Positions 27,834-41,093 of a stretch of DNA of 64,000 nucleotides are shown piece after piece (position 1 is the stretch's first letter; every line of letters starts with the position of its first letter). Below the pieces are notes generated by a model. It was not told the DNA's origin. It worked only from the letters and a program-made list of their open reading frames with translations, and did no database searches. The translations under genes and the position numbers were made by a program. Location of the stretch: the NCBI GenBank assembly GCA_951406725.2, contig OX597839.1:38812001-38876000 (forward strand), in the 5' to 3' direction. This stretch comes from Octopus vulgaris (lineage: Eukaryota).

Positions 27834-28289
27834 CCGCGTGTGTATCGTCGGCGACTTTCTTTCTCCGTCTTCCCTTCCTTGGATCTTTCCTTTTTCTATG
27901 TTTCTAACGAAGAGCTCTGCTCGAAACGTTAAATCTTTTTTCTTTCCTTTCCTGAGCGTCCAATAACACTAAACTTGTTCCACGTCCTCGCGTTGCTGTG
28001 TTTTCACGTTTGGATTAACTATATATATATATATATACACATATCTATATATATATATACACACATCTATATATATATATATATATATGACCGCGTGTGT
28101 ATCGTTGCAGATTTTTCGTCCTCCATCTTCCCTTCGTTGGATCTTTATTTTTTCTATGTTTCTGACGAAGAGCTCCGGCTCGAAACGTTAAATTCTTCTT
28201 TCTTTCCTTTCCTGAGCGTCCAATAACACTATACTTGTTCCACGTCCTCGTGTTGTTGTGTTTTCTCTTTGTTCATGTTTGGATTAACT
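27834..28289 (+). mobile_element. Tandem pair of family H2 elements (about 190 nt each) separated by (TA)n
   Basis: Copies at 27834-28020 and 28091-28289. Related to H1 (gaagagc..gctcgaaacgttaaa...ttcctgagcgt). Lie between the 3' half (27210-27410) and 5' half (28313-28412) of minus-strand SINE-A sequence. Confidence 0.75.
28158..28193 (+). ncRNA. Minimal HHR with canonical core
   Basis: GTTT CTGACGA A GAGC tccg GCTC GAA ACGT T AAAT. The upstream copy (27900-27934) has mutated CTAACGA. Confidence 0.7.
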
Positions 28290-28660
28290 ATATATATATA
28301 TATATATATATACGACGGGATTCTTTCAGTTTCCGTCTACCAAATTCACTCAAGGTTTTGACCGGCCCGAGGCTATAGCAGAAGCCATATAGTGGGACTG
28401 AACCCGGAACCATCTATATATATAATGTGGAGTAGATAGACAGCCGACAACTGATGAAGGGTCATTCTCTATGTTACTTTTTTATTTTTCCATTTGTTTC
28501 TGTCGTTGTTCCGAACAAAAAGTTCGTATTCCATGTTTTCGTATTTCAAGTTGTTTACGTTTTGTGACGTCCTGTACCCATATATGCATAGGTATATGCA
28601 TACACACACATACACACACACATAATATATATATATATATGTAAGTATTTACATATATAC

Positions 28661-28692
<32 letters not shown>

Positions 28693-28790
28693 AGTATTTA
28701 TATTTATAGTATAATATGATTGAACACCACGCATCCATTTCCAAGTAAGTTTACCTCATATATATATATATATATATATACTACCGCTAT

Positions 28791-28824
<34 letters not shown>

Positions 28825-29403
28825 GCCATCATAATCACAAACGTCGCCACCACTAACATCATCACCACAACACGTCTCGTTGTCACCACGATATCATCAT
28901 CATCATCAACATCAACAATCACACCACCACCTCCTCCTCCCCAGCACCAGCACTACCACCACCGCCACCACCACCACCACCACCAACACCAACAACAACA
29001 ACAACAACGACGACACCCCCCCCACCACCACCATCAACCCGCATCAGCTGATGATGTTTTTTTTTCTTTTTCAATCTTTTTTCCTTTTTCTATCGAAATC
29101 ACAGAGAAGAAATTGCTGTGGAAGTTTCAATTCGTTGAAAGCCATCAAGACCTGAAATTAACGATGGTGGCTTTTAAATTTGTTAATTCAAACACCAAAC
29201 AACTTAGCCACAACAACAACAACAACCTGCAACAACACACACACACAACGCCATTGCTTCCATCACCAGCACCAGCACCAGCACCACCAAAACCACCACC
29301 ACTACTACTACTATTAATCACGACCATCCATGCCGCCATCACCTCCATCATCATCATCATCACTACCACCACGACCATCATTGACACCATCACCGTTACT
29401 ATC

Positions 29404-29850
29404 ACAACCACCACCACCACCACCACCACCACCACCACCACCACCACCACCACCACCACTACTACGACCAACACTAATACGATGACGACCATCACTTCTA
29501 CCGCTTATTACTGCACCACCACCACCACCAATGCCGCCGTCGCCACCACCGCCACCACCACCACCACCACCACCACCAATGCCACCACTACCACCACCAC
29601 TACCACCACCAATGTCGCCGTCGCCACCGCCAACACCACCAATGCCGCCACCGCCAACACCACCACCACCACCACCACCACCACCACCACCACCACCACC
29701 ACCACCAATGCCACCACTACCACCACCACTACCACCACCAATGTCGCCGTCGCCACCGCCAACACCACCAATGCCGCCACCGCCAACACCACTACCACCA
29801 CCACCACCACCACCACCACCGCCGCCATCACCGCCACCACGACCACCACC
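29404..29850. repeat. (CAC)n-based compound repeat with internal duplication
   Basis: Block aatgccaccactaccacc...aatgtcgccgtcgccaccgccaacaccaccaatgccgcc is present twice. Confidence 0.9.
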
Positions 29851-31173
29851 ACAGACTACCACCCATCCTCTCTCATCATGCCAATTGTTGGGTGAGGAGA
29901 AAGAATATTTTTTTTTGGGTTTTGTCTTTTTACATTTTTTGTTTTCTTAATACATTCTATCGATTTTTGAGTGTTCAATATATTTATTTTTTTACTGTAT
30001 TTTTATCATATATATATTTTTTTTCATATTTTTCTCTGTTTTCGTTGTTATTGTTGTTGTTGTTGTTGTAGTCATTGATGTTCTTATTTTAAGTTTTCCG
30101 ATTGATGTTGTTGTTGCTGCTGTCACTGATGTTCTTTTCGCGTTTTGTTGTTGTTCTTGTGATTAATGTTGCTGTAGTTGTTGTTGTTGTTGTTGTTGTT
30201 GTTGTTGCCGCTAATGGGTTGTTGTTGTTGTTGTTGTTGTTAGTATTGTTATTACTGTTGCGACGGTTATTTCCTTTGTTATTGCTGTTATTACATTCAT
30301 TATTCTTGTAATTCTTTGCCTTTGTTATTGTTATTGTTATTGTTGTAAAAGGTTGTTATTCTCTTTGTTGTTGTTGCTATTTTTCTGTGTTGTTTATATA
30401 TTCTTGTCTTTGTTGTTGTTATCATTTTCATTATTGTTCTTATCCTCACCGTTGTTGTTGTTGTTGTTGTTGTTTACGATATCATTATTATTATTGTTCT
30501 TACATTTGTTGTTGTTATTTTTGCAGCGATTCACCCCACCCCTCCCTGCAGGCCACACCCTTCCTTTACACCACCCCTTCCTTTACACCACACACCCCTA
30601 TAAAGTGAGATGGTGTAATTTCGTATTGGTCTAAGTGGATTTTCAACCATTTTTTTACCTATTTTTTTCATCATTCACCACCAACCATCAATCTTTCATT
30701 CCTTTTAGTCGCTTTCTTCACTCGTTTCATTTCCCCCCTCCCCTGTTTTTTCTGTCTCTCATTTTCTCTCCTTTTTTAAAAAATTTTTTTTTTTTACCCC
30801 CTTTTTTTCTTCCTTAAATCTAAACTTCCGCCTATTTATTAGTCCTTCGCAATGTATTAATTAGGGGCCTCTCTCTCTCTCTTCTTTCCGAAAACACAAA
30901 TTTACACAAGAAGGAATTTGAAACGAACAAACACCAATAACAAAACAACACCAACAACAAAAAAAACAACAACCAAACAACCAAAACGAAATAAACAAAC
31001 AAAAAAACAACATCAAGCATTAAAGACTATCATTTACCTCCTCCTCCACCCTTCCTCCTCCTCCACCCTTCCTCCTCCTCCACCCTTCCTCCTCCCAGGA
31101 AAGTGAGGCCAAACCATTTGGAAACCAACGGAGTATCAAGGTAACAAAGAAATAGAGGAACACTAGCACACAT

Positions 31174-31209
<36 letters not shown>

Positions 31210-31357
31210 GCACACAAGCACACACACACACACACAAACACACAAGCACACACATACACACATACACACACACATGCACACACACATACACACAAGTACA
31301 CACAAGCACGCACATACACACACACAAGCACACACACACACACAAACACAAACACAC

Positions 31358-31423
<66 letters not shown>

Positions 31424-31460
31424 TATATATATACCCACACATATATTATATATGGATGTG

Positions 31461-31566
<106 letters not shown>

Positions 31567-31818
31567 ATATATAACACGAGGGAGGATAGAAAAGTACAAT
31601 AACAACGTGAGCAGGAAGCGAGTATGAGTGTTAAGCGGGTAGAATGGAAAGAGAGGAAACCGAGGGTAAGAAAGAGGAGGAGGAGGAGCAGAAAGAGAAC
31701 AGGAGAGAGAGAGAGAGATAGACAGACAGACAGAGAAAGAGGGAGAGAGGGGGATGGATAGGTGGAGAGAAATAGGGAGTGTGTGTGAGAAAAAGGGTTA
31801 ATAAGTGAGTGTGTGTGT

Positions 31819-31850
<32 letters not shown>

Positions 31851-32104
31851 AACAAAGCGTGTTTGAATTAGTGCGTATGTGCGAGAAATAGTGTGAATGT
31901 TTGTTAATAAATGTGAGTGTGTGAATGTGTGTGAGAGAAGGAGAGAAGAGATAGAGAGAGAAGGGAGAAAGGGGAAGGAGAAGAGATGGAGAGAGAAGGG
32001 GAGAGCGAGAGAGAGAGAATGCATGTGTGTATGTAACAATGTGGATGTGTGTTGAATGAAAAAGTATGAATGGGTGTGAGTAAATGTGTGCGCGTACATG
32101 TGTG

Positions 32105-32141
<37 letters not shown>

Positions 32142-32151
32142 GAGAGAGAGC

Positions 32152-32183
<32 letters not shown>

Positions 32184-32724
32184 TACATAGAAAACCAAGA
32201 GAGAAATTCGTTGCGGTTTTACGTGTTTTTCGCCTCCATATTGTAAATGTTTGTACGGCGGCAATTAATAGCTTACGTGGTGTAGAACAACAGCACAACG
32301 ACAGCAACAACAACAACAACAACCATCTAATGTAAATAGCAACAGTAACAACAACAACAGCCACAGCAACATCAATATCTACGGATAAACACTGACAGCG
32401 TGTACAAATCCACACCGACAAACAACAATAAGGATGATGATGATGACGATGATGGTGATGACGATAATGATGGTTGATGATGGTGACGGCGATGATAACA
32501 ATAATCTCTTATTTGCCGTAAAAGCGCATTCACACATCAGTGACAGAACACACGAGTGTTACGGAAGCACGTGGTGTTGGTGGCGATGGGGACAAACAAG
32601 TTACATAATTAAGAGGTGGGGAGGAGGAGGAAAACGCATTATGCAATATATGAAGGACAAGGTAAAAAAAAAAGTTTGTGCAAAGAATAAAAAATACGGT
32701 ACAAAAAGAAAGAAAAAAAAACTA

Positions 32725-33030
32725 TGTGATAATTATAACAGGCATATTTTCAAATAAGGGCAAACCACCCACACGTAAGTGAGAAGCTTCTAGTTACGTT
32801 GATCAATATACTTCGCGATAGCGATTGAAGTGTTTTCTGTAAATCCGCCATGTAATCATCGATGAATTATTTCGAGTTGTGATAATTATAACAGGCATAT
32901 TTTCAAATAAGGGCAAACCACCCACACGTAAGTGAGAAGCTTCTAGTTACGTTGATCAATATACTTCGCGATAGCGATTGAAGTGTTTTCTGTAAATCCG
33001 CCATGTAATCATCGATGAATTATTTCGAGT
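32725..33030. repeat. Perfect 153-bp tandem duplication of unique sequence
   Basis: 32725-32877 equals 32878-33030, with TGT microhomology at the junction. Confidence 0.95.
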
Positions 33031-33159
33031 TGTTACAAGACAAAGGAATGCCTTTCGAGTATTTGATCCCCCCATCCCGGTTGGGTGCTGAGTTCAAATC
33101 TTGTTGAAGGAATCTTGGGTTCCGCGATTGATAAAAAAATATTACGAAGAAAGTATTAG

Positions 33160-33480
33160 GTATTTCGTCTTTCTTTACGTTCTGAGTTCAAACTCCACCG
33201 AAGTTGACTTTGCCTTTCATCCTTTCAGGGTCAATAAAATAAGGACTAGTCAAGCACTGGGGTCGATGTAATTGACTAACCCCCTCCCCACAAATTTTAG
33301 GTCTTGTGCCTATTATAGAAAGGATTATTAGCCATCATAAAGAGGCGGACTGGCAGAATAGTTAGCACGCCGGACAAAATGCTTAGCAGTATTTCGTCCA
33401 ACTTTACGTTCAGAGTTCAAATTCCGCAAAGGTCGACTTTGCCTTTCATCCTTCCAGGGTTGATAAAATATGCACCGGTT
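33160..33480 (+). mobile_element. SINE family B tandem (headless copy plus partial copy)
   Basis: Near-identical to 39625-39925, including the linker. Confidence 0.85.
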
Positions 33481-34109
33481 GAAAAAAAATATTACAAAGG
33501 AAGAAGTGTCGTCATAAGACGAGAGGTCCTCCCCGTGAGAGACAGGGGTCATCCTCACGAAAGACGGCTCTTCCTCTAGAGAGACGGAGTCGTTACAAGA
33601 CAGAAAAATGTCTTGCGAATATTTGTTCCACCTGGCTATGCCCTGAGTTCAAATCTCGCTGAGGGAAACTTGACATTTCGTCGATTCGGGATCAGTGAAA
33701 ATTATATATATATAAAAGACGTATTACCCTAAGACAAGGAGTCCTCTTCGTGAGAGACGAGGTCCATGATCACGGAAGACGGGTTCTCCCTCAAAGGAGA
33801 CGGGGTTGTTACAACACAGAAAATGCCTTGCGGGTATCTGTTCCGGGTGGCTAGGCTCAGAATTTAAATCTCCCTGAGAGAACCTTAGTTTTTCGTCCCT
33901 TCGGGAATCAGTAAAAGTTATATGACCATAAGACAAGGGATGCTCCTCATGGTCACGAAAAATGGGCTCTTCCTAAAGAGAGACGTACACCTCCTTATGA
34001 GGAACGAGTTACTCTTCACAAGACACGGGGCTCCTCCTCAAGTGAAAGGGGCTTCACTTCGAACTTGTGGATTGTTTTCAACTGGAGCTGATTTTATTTA
34101 TTTTCCCCT

Positions 34110-34620
34110 GGCGTGGCTGTGTGGTAAGAAGATTGCTTCCCAGCCATGTGGTTCCGGGTTCAGTCCCATTGCGGGGCACCTTGGGCAAGTGTCTTCTATT
34201 ATAGCTACGGGCCGGGCGATGCCTTGTGAGAGGAGGATTTGGTAGATGGAAATTAAAAACAAGCTCGTCGGCTGTGTGGTAAGTAGCTTGCTTACCAAAC
34301 ACATGGTTCCGGGTTCAGTCCCACTGCTATAGCCCCGGGCCGACCAAGCCTTGTAAGTGGATTTGGTAGACAGAAACTGAAAGAAGCCCGTCGTATATAT
34401 ATATATGTTTGTGTCTGTGTTTGTCCCCCGCTCACCATCGCTTGACAACAGATGCTGGTGTGTTTATGTCTCCGTAACTTAGCGGTTCAGCAAAAGAGAC
34501 CGATAGAATAAGTACTAGGCTTACAAAGAATAAGTCCTGGGGTCGATTTGCTCGACTAAAGGCGGTGCTCCAGCATGGCCACAGTCAAATGGCTGAAACA
34601 AGTAAAAGAGTAAAAGAGTA
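34110..34620 (+). mobile_element. SINE family A composite (two heads)
   Basis: Older 5' half at 34110-34270 followed by a younger, internally deleted copy. Confidence 0.85.
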
Positions 34621-35240
34621 TGACAAAGCTGAAGCTATGAAGGAGCACTGACGTCCATAACAACAATAGTGTCGCCGTCGTCATCATCATCATCCTCATC
34701 ATCACCAGCATCATTACCACCAACATCGCCATCACCACTATCACGACCGTCACTATCATCACCATCACTACAACCATCATCGCTATTACAATCAACATAA
34801 CTACTATCACCACCACCATCAGCATCATCATCATCATCATCACTGCCACCACCGCCACTGCAACGACGACGATCACCATTACCACCACTATCATCAACCT
34901 AACCATCCTCCCCACCACCTCTACTACCATGGCCACCACCACCACAAACGCTACCAACACCATCACCAGCAGCAGTAGCACCCCCATCATCGCAACCTCC
35001 ATCATCATCACCACCACCAGCATCATCATCATCATCATCATCATGGCGATGTTGATTGTGGTAGTAATGGTGATGATGATGTTGGAGGTGATGGTGATGA
35101 TGATGATGATGATGATGGTGATGATGATAATGATCACCACCACCACCACCACCACCATCCTCCTCCTCCTCATCATCATCATGGCGATGTTGATTGTGGT
35201 GGTGATGGTGATGATGATGTTGGAGGTGATGGTGATGATG

Positions 35241-35272
<32 letters not shown>

Positions 35273-36106
35273 GATAATGATCACCACCACCACCACTATC
35301 ATCATCATCATCATCATCATCGGAAACAATGCACAATATTAAGGTGTAGGTAAAGAAAAGAGAAAAGGCCTATCCCCAAATCATTAGAGATGCTCCTTCT
35401 GATTGGCTGAAATTCTGTTCGCTTTACTTTAGGGGTCAACTGAGTATAATTTGTTTGACCTTTAAACAATCTGATCTGACACTTAAATTACCTCCATTTG
35501 GATTTATGTAATGCTGTGTTGTTGTTGGTATTGTTCATCATTATATATATATATATATATTATATATATATGTATGTATGTATGTAGGTATGTATGTATG
35601 TATGTATGTATGTATGTATGTATGTATGTATGTATGTATGTATGTATGTATGTATATATATATATGTATGTATATATGTATGTATGTATGTATGTATATA
35701 TAAAGCTATATATATAAATATGTATTTATATTAAACTATATATATATATGTTTATGTACACACACACACACGTACACATACATACATACACAGACATACA
35801 CACGCATACATACACATACATACACACACACACATACATACATACATACATACATACATACATACACACACACATACATACATATATGATCTTCCTCGTG
35901 CACTGACTGTCCATCCGTCTCTTTTCTTCTTCAACGTACAATGGAAGAAGCCCCGGTGGTGTGTGCGTGTGTGTACGCATATGTATATGTGTAGTTACAT
36001 CTATACGCACACACACACACACACATATGTGAGTGTGTGTGTGTGTGGTGTGTGTGTTTGTTGATGAAAATAGATCTCAAAACACGAGTGTATGTGTGTG
36101 TTTGTG

Positions 36107-36175
<69 letters not shown>

Positions 36176-36283
36176 ATTAGTCAGCAGATGTTACAGAGTG
36201 GATCAAGGGCAGAGAGCTTCGTGCGTTTGATAAGTACCAACGCAAGAAACTCCCATCCCTTGAATCACTCTCTAACTTCTGCC

Positions 36284-36341
<58 letters not shown>

Positions 36342-36427
36342 GTTATTATTTTAATAATTAACAATATATATATATATTTATATATATAAATAAAAAATGA
36401 AAGACAGATGGAATTTACGAGAATATA

Positions 36428-36530
36428 ATCACAACAATTGTTTCGACACATCTAGCATTGACTCCTATTGTGCGACACAAAAACTGGTTCAGGAGCATCC
36501 AGCGGTGCGAACGTATCTCGTCGGTGTGAT
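36428..36530 (-). ncRNA. HHR-like motif with CCGACGA core and long stem II
   Basis: Minus strand reads ATCACA CCGACGA GATAC [63 nt, self-complementary] GTGTC GAA ACAATTGT TGTGAT. The unpaired H17 position is ambiguous. Confidence 0.6.
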
Positions 36531-37007
36531 AAATAAAAAAAAAATCTCGTTAAAATGATAGTTCCATAATGCAATTTTTCGTTTTGTAGAGAGAAATACA
36601 GCCAGACGGAGGAAAAATCTTTCATATATATAGAAGATCCAAAAATGAAATTGCAGAAAACAAAAAGAGAAACGAATACTTAATCCAGCGAGAAAAGTAT
36701 TGAAAATAACCGTTAACCGATATAGATGTATAAACGCCCTCGGGAAAACAGCATGGCACGAGTACACATGCGCATACAAGCATTAGCAAAAAATGTGAGT
36801 ATATGTTATTAATTGAAACTAATGGTTGTACAGAAGAAATGAAGTTGAAAATGTATGAGGAATACATGAAAATATATTTAGATTTTCAAATATCCATTTA
36901 ATAACTTGATCGGTTTCACACTTGATTTTCAAAAATATATGCTATGTGGAGCTGTGTCGCAAATGGCGTCTTTTCTGGTCGTTGTAAAAATTGCTCGTTT
37001 TTATATA

Positions 37008-37440
37008 TTTCTTTACTACTCACAAGGGGCTAAACACAGAGGGGTCAAACAAATTAAGTCGATTATATCGACCCCAGAGCGTAACTGGTACTTAATTTAT
37101 CGACCCCGAGAGGATGAAAGGCAAAGTCGACCTCGGCGGAATTTGAACTCAGAACGTAGCGGCAGACGAAATACGGCTACGCATTTCGCTCGGCGTGCTA
37201 ACGTTTCTTATTTCTTTATTGCCCACAAGGGGCTAAACACAGAGGGGACAAACAAGGACAGACAAAGGGATTAAGTCGATTAGATCGACCCCAGTGCGTT
37301 ACTGGTGCTTAATGTATCGACCCCGAAAGAATGAAAGGCAAAGTCAACCTCGGCGGAATTTGAACTCAGAACGTAACGGCAGACGAAATACGGCTACGCA
37401 TTTCGCCCGGCGTGCTAACGTTTCTGCCAACTCGCCGCCT
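37008..37440 (-). mobile_element. SINE family B head-to-tail dimer
   Basis: Two copies joined at aaagaaata|agaaacgttagc (minus strand). Confidence 0.9.
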
Positions 37441-37819
37441 TTTTTTCGTTTTTTATAGAAAGAATGTCGCTCAAAGCGTCATCCGTTAAAGTGCGGATTG
37501 ATTGGTCTCCGTTCGTATGTTTAAGGTCATGTGACAGCCGCACGTGAAGGTCATGCAAAAGCTATTTCTCCAGTTAGAAAAGAGAGATATGAATAAGTGA
37601 TATTTATCTTACTGTGTTTCATCTCTCGTTTTATGTCAAGAGTATCAAAAAATGAAACTTAAATTTAATTAAAAATAAAAAATTAAAATAATTAGAAAAA
37701 AAAACAATAGAAATTGAAGAATTGCGATAAGTAAAAAACAGTTCAGATACATCAAAACTCAATTTTTAATTACAGCACACAGACCAAGAAACAGAGACAT
37801 ACGGCATTATCTATCAAAT

Positions 37820-38395
37820 AGAGCTGGCAGAATCGGTAGCACGCTGAGCGAAATGCGTTGCCGTATTTCGTCTGCCGTTACGTTCTGAGTTCAAATTCCG
37901 TCGAGGTCGACTTTGCCTTTCATCCTTTCGGGCTCGATAAATTAAGTACCAGTTACGCTCTGGGTCGATGTAATCGACTTAATCCGTTTGTCTGTCCTTG
38001 TTTGTTCCCTCTGTGTTTAGCCCCTTGTGGGTAGTAAAGAAATAGGTATTTCACTCATCGCTACGTTCTGAGTTCATACTCCGCCAAGGTCGACTTTGCC
38101 TTTCATCCTTTCGGGGTCGATTAAATAAGTACCAGTTACGCACTGGGGTCGATGTAATCGACTTAATCCGTTTGTCTGTCCTTGTTTGTCCTCTCTGTGT
38201 TTAGCCCCTTGTGGGTAGTAAAGAAATAGGTATTTCACTCATCGCTACGTTCTGAGTTCAAACTCCGCCGAGGTCGACTTTGCTTTTCACCCCTTTTGGG
38301 GTCGATAAATTAAGTAAGAGTTGTGTAATGGGGTTGATCTAATTGACTGGCCCCCTCCCACCAAATTTCGGGCTTTGTGCCTATCGTAGAAAGGT
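37820..38395 (+). mobile_element. SINE family B tandem trimer (184-bp headless units)
   Basis: Units restart at gtatttcactcatcgctacg at 38046 and 38230. Confidence 0.9.
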
Positions 38396-38482
38396 TTATC
38401 TATCAAATATGAAATTCTCATATATTCTCTGTGTATTTTCAACTTCATTTCATGTGTATGTGTGTGTGTGTGTGTGTGTATA

Positions 38483-38666
38483 CTCTTTACTCTCTTTTAC
38501 TTGTTTCAGTCATTTGACTGCGGCCATACCTTTAGTGGAAAAATCGACCCCAGGACTTGTTCTTTATAAGCCTAGTACTTATTCTACTGGTTTCTTATGT
38601 TGAACCGCTAAGTTACGGGGACGTAAACAGACCGACATCGGTTGTCAAGTGATGGTGAGGGGACAA

Positions 38667-38706
<40 letters not shown>

Positions 38707-38860
38707 GACGGGCTTCTTTTAGTTTCCGTCTACCAAATCCACTCACAAGGCTTTGGTCGGCCCGAGGCTATAGTAGAAGACACTTGCCCAAGGTGCCACG
38801 CAGTGGGACTTAACCCGGAACCACGTGGTTGGTAAGCAAGCTACTTACCACACAGCCACG
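38483..38860 (-). mobile_element. SINE family A
   Basis: Match to family consensus. Confidence 0.9.
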
Positions 38861-39391
38861 TCACACACACGCGCACACACAAACAGACGCACACACTCCA
38901 TCGTCATCCCTTCTAGAACGCTCGCATAACTTCAATTTTTCAGAACATTTCACCGTATTTCGTGCAACATTTCTTGGCACCGAAAATGAAGTCCTTTCAT
39001 TTTAACAATAATTTTTATCTCGCCAGTCAAACTTGTCACAATCAAACTGACCTTCAACTGGCAACTAAGGAATACAATTTCCTAACCTGTTCTTATTGAA
39101 TAAATTTATATTTATCAATTTAATCTAAATCTCGCTTTTTTCTATATTTTTTTCTCGAATTTATATTTCCTCAGTTTTTGCTGCATACTTTTTCTCCAGG
39201 AAATAGACTGGTTTTTGTTATTTTTTTGCCAGATATTTATTTATTTATTTTTTGTATTCGGTTTGTAATATTCTTGACGTGAACTCATGTGTTGAAATAT
39301 GTTTTGTTGAATCTCGGGGAGGTCATTAGGCCAATAATAAACACAGGCCCACATTGGCTCTACTTCACTTCTGTTATTATTAGCCATCATG

Positions 39392-40045
39392 AGGCGGCGA
39401 ACAAGCGAAGTCGTTAGCACGCCGGGTGAAATACTTAGCGGCATTTCGTCTGCCGTTACGTTCTGAGTTCAAATTCCGCCGAGGTCGACTTTGCCTTTCA
39501 TCCTTTCGGGGTCGATTAAATAAGTACCAGTTACGCACTGGGGTCGATATAATCGACTTAATCCGTTTGCCAGTCCTTGTTTGTCCTCTCTGTGTTTAGC
39601 TCCTTGTAGGTGGTAAAGATATAGTTATTTCGTCTTTCTTTACGTTCTGAGTTCAAACTCCACCGAAGTTGACTTTGCCTTTCATCCTTTCAGGGTCAAT
39701 AAAATAAGGACTAGTCGAGCACTGGGGTCGATGTAATTGACTAACCCCCTCCCCACAAATGTTTGGTATTGTGCCTATTATAGAAGGGATTATTAGCCAT
39801 CATAAGGAGGCGGACTGGCAGAATAGTTAGCACGCCGGATAAAAAAGCTCAGCGGCATTTCGTCCAACTTTACGTTCTGAGTTCAAATCCAGCCAAGGTC
39901 GACTTTACCTTTCATCCTTCCGAGGTAATCGACTTATCCCCTATCCCGAAATTGCAGGTCTTGTGCCAAAATTTGAAACCATTATTATTAGCTATTATAA
40001 ATCAGCGAACTGACAGAGTTGTTTGCACACCGAACAAAATGCCGC
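39392..40045 (+). mobile_element. SINE family B tandem array
   Basis: Three to four units with tattattagccatcat linkers. Confidence 0.85.
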
Positions 40046-40084
40046 AAAGCAAGCTACTTACCACACAACCACTCCCACGCCTAT

Positions 40085-40465
40085 ACTCTTTAACTCTTTT
40101 ACTTGTTTCAGTCATTTGACTGCGGCCATGCTGGAGCACCGCCTTTTAGTCGAGCAAATCGACTCCGGGACTTATTCTTTGTAAGCCCAGTACTCATTCT
40201 ATCGGTCTCTTTTGCCGAACCGCTAAGTGACGGGGACGTAAACATACCAGCATCGGTTGTCAAGCAATGCTAGGGGGACAAACACAGACACACAAACACA
40301 TAACATACACACACACACATATATATATATATATACATATATACATATATACGACAGGCTTCTTTCAGTTTCCGTCTACCAAATCCACTCACAAGGCATT
40401 GGTCGGCCCGGGGCTATAGCAGAAGACACTTGCCCAAGATGCCACGCAGTGGGACTGAACCCGGT
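40085..40465 (-). mobile_element. SINE family A
   Basis: Match to family consensus, 5' end truncated. Confidence 0.9.
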
Positions 40466-40797
40466 GACAATAATCACACAAAGATTCATCTCAGTTTCCA
40501 AATAATCTATTAAGCCCCGCACTGTACTTATATGTGTCCGTCCAATAAATTCATTTTGTGTAAGAGGTACAAGGCATATGAAACACTGCAAACAATGGGT
40601 ATTCGTTGATACTACGAGTTAATGCCTGTGAATTGGAGAGAAAGATATGAGAGTTGAGAGTTGAGAGACGACCAGACGAGATAAACAGCCAGCCCGTGCA
40701 AATCCTGAAGTAGCCCCCTTTTTAGGTTTTGTTACAATTTTGTGTTGTTGCTATATATTTCAATCACATCTACGAAATATTTTTTTACGGGGCTTTC

Positions 40798-41093
40798 TAC
40801 AGGGTCAGGCAAAATGATCTGACACATTTGTAGGTTAAATTAAAGGCATTGTTTTTCGTTTCTTTTTCAGTTGCTTGCTGCCATGAATTGGACTGGTGAG
40901 CATCGCGCTTTCATTGTGGAAACGTTTATCAAAACAAAACGATTCTGTAACTGCAACACAAAGAGCGTTCCGTTTGCACTTCAATCTTGGTAGACATGAT
41001 CCCGTACCAGCTCGAAACACGGATCTTGTTATGGGTTACCAACTTCAGAGCTACTGGATCTGCATTGAAACGAAAATCAACCGGCCAACCTCG
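40798..41093 (+). mobile_element. Tc1/mariner-superfamily left end with N-terminal HTH (DUF4817-like) transposase pseudogene
   Basis: TA|CAGGGT TIR-like start. ATG at 40883 gives MNWTGEHRAFIVETFIK..NDSVTATQRAFRLHFNLGRHDPVPARNT..ILLWVTNFRATGSALKRKSTGQPR across two frameshifts. Confidence 0.8.

Noticed and set aside
28720-29895. 391-aa Thr/His/Gln-rich ORF (mucin-like)
   Set aside because: Built from (CAT)n/(CAC)n, overlapping frames are equally open, it starts at TTG, and it has no domain.
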